Assembly: GCA_964035545.1 (NCBI GenBank)
Contig: OZ037769.1
Location: 12,988,633-13,052,632, forward strand
Direction of reading: 5' to 3'
From: Bugula neritina
Taxonomy: Eukaryota; Animalia; Bryozoa
DNA: 64,000 nt
The notes below the pieces were generated by a model. That model saw nothing but the letters and a program-made list of their open reading frames with translations, made no database searches and was not told the DNA's origin. Shown piece after piece: positions 25,328-35,080 of this stretch. A program made the position numbers and the translations under genes. Every line of letters starts with the position of its first letter. Positions within the stretch are counted from its first letter, which is position 1.

Positions 25328-27581
25328 ACACATGCATACACATACAAGTGCACACAGAAATTTACCTCATTAAACACAAAGCCTTATTGTTACATCTACT
25401 TGTTATTAATGTAATATATTTATTATCAACCAAGCATGTCTACACTAACATTGCATGATATTCTACTAAAGGATTATATGCCAGCTGAACATACTTGTAA
25501 CAAAGCTAGTTAAGTTCGTTTCCATAATCAAATATGAATAAAATAATGATTTATTTACCCTTGAGTTTATGATGAACTGAACAAAGCTCTTTTTTGGACT
25601 GTAGTAGTTTTTTTGAATTGTTTGTACATAGGTATGCAGAGCAAGCACGGTTAGGCATTGCTGTTTGATGCTATACCAACTGAACAAGTTTTTACAAATT
25701 CCTAAAGTATGGGCAGCTGGTGCCACATTACACCGGAATTAAACTTTGACCTGTTTGCTAATGTGTACAATGGAAGTGTGTTGGGTTAATTGCACTGCAC
25801 TGCTGAATGAACTTTGACCTAGTTAACTAAGCCACTGTAAAATGACATACCATAACAAACACAAACTAGCTTGCAAAAATAATTATTTATTGAAAATACA
25901 CTGTGAAAATTATTTTACAGACTTAATTTAAATGTTGAATTGTGGGACATTTCCATAATATTCATCTCAGGAAAAAAGAAACTATTCTGAAATTTATATG
26001 CTTCTTTTTACTGTTCTCTAAATATTTTCATTGTCTTGCAGGCATGCCATGGAAACATATGCTTATAAAGCATATATATAGTTATACAGTGTTTGGAATT
26101 TTTAGATAAGATATTGTTTAAAATTACAAGTTTAATCTATCTGTTTTAATACATATCTTTATTTTTGATAGAAATATTAGATAGTAGGGTGGCTTAGTTA
26201 TTTTCATAGTATAAGTGTTGTAAGTAGTGAACATGTTAATACAAATGAGTCAGTGCCTTTATGTGGCATGTGCAGGCATGTGTTCCAACCCACAATTTGG
26301 AGCATTTGAAGTTCAGTAAGACAGAGCCCACTAGTGCAGCTATATAGCGTAGGAGCATGTTATTATTGTCCTAAGAGTTGAAAGGTTATAGCAGCTCTAA
26401 ACAGGCTGGTTACAGCCAGCAAAACAAATGATAATATGACAGCTGCCAGCTTCAGATTTGCTCAATAATCAAAACCACAAATATGCTTTGAAGTTTTCTT
26501 TTTCTGAAATTTATCAATAACAAAATTTTTTAAAAAAATTCTGAAACTGCTCATATGTGTGCTTATGCCAAAATATCAATCTCAGAAAAAATGAAACATA
26601 TACTAGTAATAGTCTTCACTCAAACCTTACATTTCTACTGATTTTATGGGCCTTCTATATATCATCGAGACTGCCCCCAATACCTGTAGGGGAAGACAAC
26701 TTTAAAATACAAACCACTCTGGAGGAATGTCTGAAACTCCTCTATTGTCTTCCCTACTGAATGTTTGATATTACTCCGGTAGTTGGATTATAAGAATATT
26801 ACTCTGCTAGCTGCCATTGCTGCTTGAATAGACCCTTTTCAGAGGTCTCCAATGTCCCTCTTGCGATTAAGAGTTGTGTCCTCGCAAAATGAAAATTGTT
26901 GAACAAAATAAACTTGTACTCATTTTTGTGGTTTTGGTTACTGAGCATATTCGAAACTTCAGCGCTGAAATATTTTAGTTGATAACACTTTGGTTTATGT
27001 CTTCGGCTAAAGATTTCACTTATGAGTCATCTCCCAACATGTTACATCCTCTGTGTACTAAAACTAGTACAGCAATGTACACCTGTCTGTCTGCTGGTGC
27101 ATACAGCTGTCTGTCTGTTGGTGCATACACCTACCTGTCTGTTGGTGCATACACCTACCTGTCTGTTGGTACATACACCTACCTGTCTGTTGGTACATAC
27201 AGCTGCTGTCTGTTGGTGCATACAGCTGCTGTCTGTTGGTACATGCAGCTACCTGTCTGTTGGTACATACAGCTGCCTGTCTGTTGGTACATACAGCTGC
27301 CGTCTGATGATGTTTATAGCTGCCGTTTGTCAATTTATATAGCTGCCACTGTTTGTCTGTCGAGCTGCCAATGCTAGTTTTTCTACTTTGTAGACATTCT
27401 GCTGCTGGACAATTCATTTAGTTGGATCAAAGGTAAGACTGTGCGCTACTCTTTAGAGGTAGTTGCTCCCAAGACAGAAGACGAGGCGTATACAGATGCT
27501 CTAGATGTCATTGGAGATGACTGTGTAAATTTCACTGCAAATGAGACTGAAGACCTCAGTGGACACGAGGAGGCTCACTGA
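13841..27581 (+). CDS. SEC14L2: SEC14-like lipid-binding protein, SEC14L2/3/4 type (CRAL-TRIO + GOLD), 422 aa, 12 exons: 13841-13885, 14335-14416, 14574-14617, 14745-14901, 15590-15684, 15928-16003, 16651-16731, 17323-17406, 17495-17601, 18300-18439, 18877-19046, 27394-27581
   Basis: GT-AG exon chain of 1269 nt, in frame. Motifs [80 protein letters not shown] and [18 protein letters not shown]. The symbol denotes the subfamily, not proven orthology. Confidence 0.93.
16036..16221 (+). mobile_element. tRNA-derived SINE, copy 1
   Basis: A-box-like tggtctagggg, B-box ggttcaaacc, core ggccattggtgatgttaggaagagcatccagtcata and tail cagggatggtgactataa. Closely matches 52189-52373. Confidence 0.8.
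17625..17960. repeat. Degenerate T-rich tandem repeat (ttttactattacattc / tactgttattattatactctc)
   Basis: Visible repeated units. Explains the spurious Leu/Tyr-rich ORF 17528-18037. Confidence 0.85.
18003..18316 (+). repeat. 33-36-bp tandem array of the SEC14-like exon-10 splice acceptor (~9 copies)
   Basis: Unit ttgtcctatttttrcag|atactgtatrgtaggag. AGs end at 18026, 18060, 18094, 18128, 18164, 18198, 18232, 18266 and 18299 (the last is the inferred functional one). Confidence 0.9.
19086..20069 (+). repeat. Left terminal inverted repeat (984 bp)
   Basis: Reverse complement of 25747-26743, with about ten substitutions and two small indels counted by eye. ORFs 19033-19272(-) and 26557-26760(+) are mirror images. 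Confidence 0.95.
20123..22452 (+). pseudogene. Transposon accessory gene: SAP + SWIM Zn finger + YqaJ/lambda-type exonuclease (~573 aa if repaired; exons 20123-20727, 20820-21007, 21241-21390, 21675-22452), one frameshift
   Basis: [31 protein letters not shown]; SWIM CSCVAGLSQTCNH spanning intron 1; YqaJ motifs TRGQS..W...[30 protein letters not shown]. The A7 run at 21920-21926 needs one more A to read [18 protein letters not shown]. Confidence 0.88.
22813..25658 (-). pseudogene. THAP + HTH + DDE (DDE_Tnp_4-type) transposase (~553 aa; exons 25658-25559, 25024-24145, 23494-22813), one in-frame TAA
   Basis: [17 protein letters not shown]...FKFPED...IWSKLINR...WQP...ICSKHF; [34 protein letters not shown]; catalytic [20 protein letters not shown]; also [12 protein letters not shown] and WGGRTSD. 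Spliced length 1662 nt. TAA at 23367-23365 lies just before the first catalytic Asp. Confidence 0.92.
25238..25324. repeat. (TA)n microsatellite within transposase intron 1
   Basis: Directly visible dinucleotide run. Confidence 0.95.
25747..26743 (-). repeat. Right terminal inverted repeat (997 bp)
   Basis: Reverse complement of 19086-20069. It is 13 bp longer because of a 4-bp tatt duplication near 25886 and a 13-for-4 replacement near 26346-26358. Confidence 0.95.
27078..27305. repeat. 21-24-bp minisatellite (tacacctacctgtctgttggtrca)
   Basis: About 9-10 visible units in the last SEC14-like intron. Explains ORFs 26979-27417. Confidence 0.9.
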
Positions 27582-27719
27582 TCTCCACATGTTCACTGAT
27601 TTCTACATTCCTGTAAGAAGTCGAGTGAAAACTGTATGTATAACTGATGCTAGAGTAGCAAGACTTTTGACTTTGAGCAACGACACAGACCTCTAGCTGT
27701 TGTTTCTAGTGAGACTTAA

Positions 27720-27842
27720 GGCCCGTTCAGACTACAGCTCAAAATGAGCTGTCATTGCGTGTAGTGTGAACAGCAAAAATTAGGATGTGATGTCAGAGCT
27801 ATGAACGCCAACAGTTCATTGTAAGCTGTAGTCTGAACGGCC
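27720..27842. mobile_element. Short MITE-like element in the SEC14-like 3' region
   Basis: TIRs ggcccgttcagactacagct / agctgtagtctgaacggcc, preceded by TAA. Harbinger-like terminus (inference). Confidence 0.65.
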
Positions 27843-29539
27843 ATCAATCTTGTTTCGACACTTTTTGCAAATGGCAGCTACTGACTTCACACATTCTATT
27901 ATGGAAAATGTAAAATTTTTTCATAGAGTTTCAAGTCTCCAATTTGCGATGCAAGCCACTTAGTTCATTCAATGTACAAATATTTGTTTATTACCATTTG
28001 TCAAATCAACAATGTTTGGTGTTAACCAATATTCCGTTACTTTCTACCAAGTTACCATGATTTATGTTGATTAATTATCAATTATATTAGATGTATATTC
28101 TTTTACACCTATTTATGTTACTACTATGTGGTAATAATGTAGAATGATATCAAATAATGTGCGTATTTTTCTACAGAATAGTTTATTTTTTTGTAAACTT
28201 TGCAATTATGTCAGGGGTTAAACTATTTTTCGTGTTGTATCAAAAAGTTTTCTGTAGTAAAAGTATTATGCACTTATTTATTAGTAAGTTTTCGGTGAAC
28301 GACAAAATTGTGCTATATATCTGTGCATTATTTTTTAACCCAACATGTTCTGTTTGATCTAGAATCATTCATGACATTCAATTGTTTATACTACAGCACA
28401 GTTAACTAGTCGGGTTTGAGCCGTCTTTCAAGATAGTCCGTAGTTATATTTTATTACTGTTTGGAATTTGCCTTGATTTATAACTTTATGAAATTAATGA
28501 TAAAAATTAAAGTTGCGTTAATTTTCATTTATTATTAAAATTTGTGTTGTTGACATTAGGTCAGTGAAATTTCTAGTAAATAAAAAAATACTCCATGCAG
28601 ATTCATGGCAATATTTTATATGCGCTGTTTATATTCTACACATCATCTATATTCACTATGTCATACAGTTTAAATGTTATATATTGCAGATTATACTGGC
28701 TGCAATTCACTCGTAGCTAAACATTTTTGTGAAATTTTCCAAATTACTTTCCAGATGTAATAGAATAGAATATTGATTGCTATTGCTTATTATAATATAC
28801 CCCAAATAGTTGTTCAACATTTCCAAAGTTGCGCAATGTTAGAAATTATCTAAATTCTAAATGTAGTGACTCATATTTAGCACAGCAAAAAGTTGATAAT
28901 ATTCACTGCTCACAGAGATCTAAGTTATTCCATGTCTGATTTTTATAAGGCTTGTGCTTTAGTTCAAGTGTAATTAAAGCTAAATTTAATTTAATATAAA
29001 TAGTGAATATGCAGAAATTCATAACAATTGATGACATACACAGTAGAGTTGTAGAACATTTCAAGACTTTGGTTTGTTGTATAACTAGCTTGCAAACCGA
29101 AAAATATAACAAAATGTTTTTATATTTTTCGTTTTCAAAATATGCACTAGCATATTATAATTTATATGTTACTATAATAAAAGTTGATCAGCATTGTGGT
29201 TTAATTGTATAAATGCTCTATTTTATTGATGGGAAAACATACATTGGTACACATTTATTATATGTGTCTGTCGTATATATGAGAGCTGTGCCACTAGTAC
29301 TTGTGATTAAGCACAAATATTCAGAGATGGAAAGCTACAACGTTGCATGTATGGGGGGATGAAGAGTTGTCTTTTCGTTATCAACGTGTTCACAGTTATC
29401 TACTCTAATAAAAGTCTGTTACGATCACGCTACTTTCTGACATTGCGGTTAAGTTCATTAGTAGGTGTCTGCAACGGAAGTGGGTTTAATGGTCAGAAAC
29501 TTTTGCAGTCGTAGTTAACGACCTTCCAATTAGTACATA

Positions 29540-30800
29540 GTAATAGTTATATTGATAGTGATGAATAGTTGATATTTTGAAAAACCCACGGTTATAAGAT
29601 TTTAGTAAGTAAATTATCTCAGTATAATAACTTAAAATATATAATGCTAGTACTAATAGTATAAGTATCTGTATTACTATAACATTCTCATTCTGATTCA
29701 GTAAATCAAAAAATAAAATAATTAATTTTAAAATTATATCATAAAATTAAATGTAATACTAATACTAATAGTAATACAGATACTGATAGCGATAACGATA
29801 GTCATACTGATACTGTCAATGTTCTAATGATACCTATAGTTAATGGTATACTTATAGTTTACTATTACTATTACTATTAGTATTACTATTACTATTACTA
29901 TTAGTATTACTAAGTCTTAGTCTGATACTAAGCCTAACAGTAATACTAATACTAATAGTAACACTAACTGTAATACTAATACTAATAAATTAGTAACAAT
30001 AATACTCATACTTATAGACTATAGTTTAAGTTATAATATAATTATAAATTATATAGTTAATGTTATTATTAATAATTTTATAAATAAACTATTAGTATTA
30101 GTATTAATATTATAAACTTTAATATAGAATTAGTTTTAAATAATGAATGTCAATAGTATGTATATTAATTTTAAATATATTAAAATTTTCAATATGAATA
30201 TAATAAATTTATATTTAATTTATGTCTATGAAGTATAATGATGAAAATAATCATAATGATAATAATAAATCATAATGATAGTGATAATAAATAAAATCTA
30301 TTGAACCAATGAATATAGTGATGAGTATCATCGTCATGGTCAAAGGCAGATAATCAAGATATTCAAAATGACCTCAAAGTTAAAATAAAGTTGAATCAAG
30401 CAATCATACTTAGTCTAATGCCACTTAGCTTCAAGTTCATGTTCAAATTGATTCAATCAATTTCAAATGACTTGCAAGTCTTTCTAAAGTTTATCCCTAT
30501 AGTTATAGTTATAATATAATTATAATGTGATAATCATAATGATGTAAATAATTACTAATTAGCCTTAGGTAGTAGTATAATGCTAATGGTAATACTAATT
30601 CCAAACTCCAACTGCGTCTGTTATTGTTAAGATTATGGTTATGGGATTTGAATTTACTTCAAGTGTAAGCTACTCCTTACAAAGTTTCAAGTTATACTAA
30701 TGTCTAATACTTATACTAATACTAATGGTTATAGTAACACCAAGTCTAATGCTTATTACTTATTAGTAATTAACCATTACTAAAGTACTAATGTTGACTG
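29540..30800. repeat. Triplet/hexamer-periodic mosaic tract filling the inferred 5'-UTR intron of the Mpv17-like gene
   Basis: aat act aat act aat agt, gat act gat agc gat aac gat agt, act att act att, ata gtt ata gtt. Bracketed by donor-like gtaagt at 29605 and acceptor ttgtag at 30814. Confidence 0.7.
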
Positions 30801-30885
30801 TATTTATGTTGTAGGTGTTGGTAGACTAAATGTTACTATGACTGTTTTATAAGTATAACCTACTCCCTGTTCCTCCGGTGAAGAT

Positions 30886-33800
30886 ATGATTAGGTCATGG
30901 ATGATGAAATACCCCCTGATCACAGGTACCTGCCTAAGTATTCTAATTATAGTTGTGGTGTATGTCTGTACAAAATAATTATATCTACTAGTGTTACATT
31001 ATACTCAATCTGATACTTGTAAATCAGCTTGTAACTCAAAAGCATATAATACACCGTATGTAGCTCCTTTTATTTTGTAGGTATATATTACCTTGTGTGT
31101 AGGTAGTCCTTTGTATCTTCTAGGTATATATTGCCTTGCAGTGTAGCTAATATTTTGGTATAATGTAGGTATATCTTACACAGTAGTATAATATATACCT
31201 GGCCTATTGTAGTGATATGATGCGCTGTAGTGTAATATATTGTAGGTATATAGTGCAATATATTGTAGGTATATAGTGTAATATATTGTAGGTATATAGT
31301 GTAATATATTATAGGTATATAGTGTAATATATTGCAGGTATATAGTGTAATATATTGTAGGTATATAGTGTAATATATTGTAGGTATATAGTGTAATATA
31401 ATATTGTAGGTATATAGTGTAATATATTGTAGGTATACAGTGTAATATATTGTAGGTATATAGTGTAATATATTGTAGGTATATAGTGTAATATATTGTA
31501 GGTATATAGTGTAATATATTGTAGGTATATAGTGTAATATATTGTAGGTATATAGTGTAATATATTGTAGGTATATAATGTAATATATTGTAGGTATATA
31601 GTGTAATATATTATAGGTATATAGTATAATATATTGTAGGTATATAGTGTAATATATTGTGGGTATATAGTGTAATATATTGTAGGTATATAGTGTAATA
31701 TATTGTAAGTATATAGTGTAATATATTGCAGGTATATAGTGTAATATATTATAGGTATATAGTGTAATATATTATAGGTATATAGTGTAATATATTGTAG
31801 GTATATAGTGTAATATATTGCAGGTATATAGTGTAATATATTGCAGGTATATAGTGTAATATATTATAGGTATATAGTGTAATATATTATAGGTATATAG
31901 TGTAATATATTGCAGGTATATAGTGTAATATATTATAGGTATATAGTGTAATATATTGTAGGTATATAGTGTAATATATTATAGGTATATAGTGTAATAT
32001 ATTATAGGTATATAGTGTAATATATTGTAGGTATATAGTGTAATATATTATAGGTATATAGTGTAATATATTGCAGGTATATAGTGTAATATATTGTAGG
32101 TATATAGTGTAATATATTGTAGGTATATAGTGTAATATATTATAGGTATATAGTGTAATATATTGTAGGTATATAGTGTAATATATTGTAGGTATATAGT
32201 GTAATATATTGTAGGTATATAGTGTAATATATTGTAGGTATATAGTGTAATATATTGCAGGTATATAGTGTAATATATTGTAGGTATATAGTGTAATATA
32301 TTGCAGGTATATAGTGTAATATATTATAGGTATATAGTGTAATATATTGTAGGTATATAGTGTAATATATTATAGGTATATAGTGTAATATATTGTAGGT
32401 ATATAGTGTAATATATTATAGGTATATAGTGTAATATATTGCAGGTATATAGTGTAATATATTGTAGGTATATAGTGTAATATATTGCAGGTATATAGTG
32501 TAATATATTGTAGGTATATAGTGTAATATATTGTAGGTATATAGTGTAATATATTGCAGGTATATAGTGTAATATATTGTAGGTATATAGTGTAATATAT
32601 TGCAGGTATATAGTGTAATATATTGTAGGTATATAGTGTAATATATTGTAGGTATATAGTGTAATATATTGCAGGTATATAGTGTAATATATTATAGGTA
32701 TATAGTGTAATATATTATAGGTATATAGTGTAATATATTGTAGGTATATAGTGTAATATATTGTAGGTATATAGTGTAATATATTGCAGGTATATAGTGT
32801 AATATATTATAGGTATATAGTGTAATATATTGTAGGTATATAGTGTAATATATTGCAGGTATATAGTGTAATATATTATAGGTATATAGTGTAATATATT
32901 GCAGGTATATAGTGTAATATATTATAGGTATATAGTGTAATATATTGTAGGTATATAGTGTAATATATTGTAGGTATATAGTGTAATATATTGCAGGTAT
33001 ATAGTGTAATATATTATAGGTATATAGTGTAATATATTGCAGGTATATAGTGTAATATATTATAGGTATATAGTGTAATATATTGTAGGTATATAGTGTA
33101 ATATATTGTAGGTATATAGTGTAATATATTGCAGGTATATAGTGTAATATATTGTAGGTATATAGTGTAATATATTATAGGTATGGTGTCATACGGTGGA
33201 GTATGGACAGCCTCCAGTATAACCCAACAGAAGTTCATATCTAAACATGAAGTAGATTTTGTGGTAATCTTTTACAGTTATTCATTCTAGTTAGTAGTTT
33301 CATATCACCACAGCTCAATATGTTAGGTTATGGAAGTAAAAAGATTAAGAAATTATAAATTCGACTTTTATTTTGATCCAAAATTTCAAATATCGGCATC
33401 AGTGATGGCAATTATCTGTGTTGAGTGTGATTAAGCTTACGCTGCAGCTGATGGTGTAGATTTATAATGAAAAATGTTATTTATGTTTATTTTTCGCCAC
33501 CAAATAACCTGATTTATACTAACAATTTCTCCTAAAAGCATCTTCGTGGAGTATAAATGTTTATAGGCTTATTGATATAGGTTGCTGCATGTATCAAAAT
33601 ACACCCATGTTGAGTATTGTTTATAGTAATATATAAATGGAAATACAAAATATATCATCAGTCTACTCAGTTGTAAAAAATATTTTTGAAAAATAAAATT
33701 AGAACATTATTTAAATTTCAATTCAAACTGTGCTGTTGGTCTCTATTGATAGGCTGTAAGGAGAAATACGACGGTGGCAGTATTTGTCATAGCTCCCCTA

Positions 33801-35080
33801 CTGCATGGCTGGTATAAGCTGGCTGCTCTTTGGTTTGGGAAAGGAAAGAGAACCTGGCGCACCAGTTTGAAAATAGTTGTGGCCGAACAGCTGCTCTTTG
33901 GGCCAGTTATTCTCACCTCCTTCTTTCTTAGCTCAGGTTTGTTGGTCTGTCGCCACTCATTGTCCCGATGTTTAAGTTTAAGTTAAATCGTAGCAGATGT
34001 GGTTGCTGGTGTGTGGAGCTATACATTAGACATACACATTCAGGTTTTAAGGTGATGGGACTTGTTGGGCAGCCATTTAATACAACTTTAAAACGTTAAT
34101 TATTTGGGTTGTAAATGATTTTTGCTCCCGTGGCATTGAGTACATTTTGGTGCCTACTTGATGGGTTGACATCATAGCAACATAATAAATAAGTGAGTTA
34201 TACAAAGTTAAGGGCGTAGTGCACTATCTGCTGTGATGGCTGTATTGTCAGTTTACTCTCCACGTTTTGTTGGCTTCCAATCAAAAGGAACACCTGTTTT
34301 ACAAGTGATAATGGAAGTTTTAACCTTCTACTTTTCCTCTATTAATGTTTTGCACATAAGATGCGATATATTATTATTTGATTCACATAAGATCAAATAT
34401 TATAGTTATCCCTGGGAGAACCTTTGATTGAGAGGGTTTTATAAACAGGCTAAGGACTTGTTTTTTCTTGTGGCAAAGAAGCAATTATGACTGAATGCTC
34501 TTCCTAACATCACTAATGGCCTTTACTGAGAGTCAAACCACTGACTTAGTGTTAGATAAGGCAGTGCCCTAACCACTAGTTACTACACCATAACTGCTCC
34601 CTTATACACCTAAACTGTAATATATTGTTTATACACATAAGATATATAATCTATTTATATGATTTATCTACCTAAGATATAATATAATATGTACTATACA
34701 CATATGATGTATTTTATGGTTTAGCTGAGAGCTATTTCGGCTATAGAATTTATTAGCATAAGAAATGTATGTCTATTTGGTTATTTTCAGGCCTTCTGAT
34801 GGGAGATAATGTGGATAACATAAAGAAGGAAATCAGATACAAACTACCCACAACTTACATGACGTCGTGCATGTTCTTTCCTTTAGTCAATTTTATCAAT
34901 CATTTGTTTATACCTTTCCACTTCAAGATCACTTACCAGGCAACCGTCTCGTTCATCTGGAGTAACTTTTTATGCTTTGTTAAAGAGAAACGACTAACTG
35001 AGCCAGCAAGTGGTAATGAAATAGCAAATCTACCAGGTAGCCAACCAATCACAGCTAGGGTATCAAATCAAGACTCATAA
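30886..35080 (+). CDS. Mpv17/PMP22-family protein (Mpv17-like), 198 aa; exons 30886-30925, 33181-33263, 33753-33936, 34791-35080
   Basis: 597 nt in frame: MIRSWMMKYPLITGMVSYGGVW...APLLHGWYK...KIVVAEQLLFGP...KLPTTYMTSCMFFPLVNFINHLFIP...VSFIWSNFLCF, the typical Mpv17/PMP22 pattern. Confidence 0.88.
31228..33184 (+). repeat. 23-bp minisatellite (~85 copies) made of the Mpv17-like exon-2 splice acceptor
   Basis: Unit gtatatagtgtaatatattgtag with tgtag/tgcag/tatag variants. The last unit's tatag|GTAT is the junction at 33180/33181. Confidence 0.95.
34401..34601 (-). mobile_element. tRNA-derived SINE, diverged copy with a longer tRNA-like head
   Basis: Reverse complement reads gggagcagttatggtgtagt...tagtggttagggcactgcc...ggtttgactc...aaggccattagtgatgttaggaagagcattcagtcataattgct...cagggataactata. 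Confidence 0.75.

Larger units (their letters stand above)
19086..26743. mobile_element. ISL2EU-type (PIF/Harbinger-related) DNA transposon, 7658 bp, ~1-kb TIRs, AT TSD, in the last intron of the SEC14-like gene
   Basis: Termini gaAT|AGAGGAGTTTCAGAC...GTCTGAAACTCCTCT|ATtg. Encodes a THAP-HTH-DDE transposase and a YqaJ exonuclease, the gene pair characteristic of ISL2EU. Confidence 0.92.

Noticed and set aside
31228-33184. CRISPR-like arrays (also 53397-54883 and 59081-60710)
   Set aside because: Units are head-to-tail with no unique spacers, the context is eukaryotic introns, and there are no cas genes.
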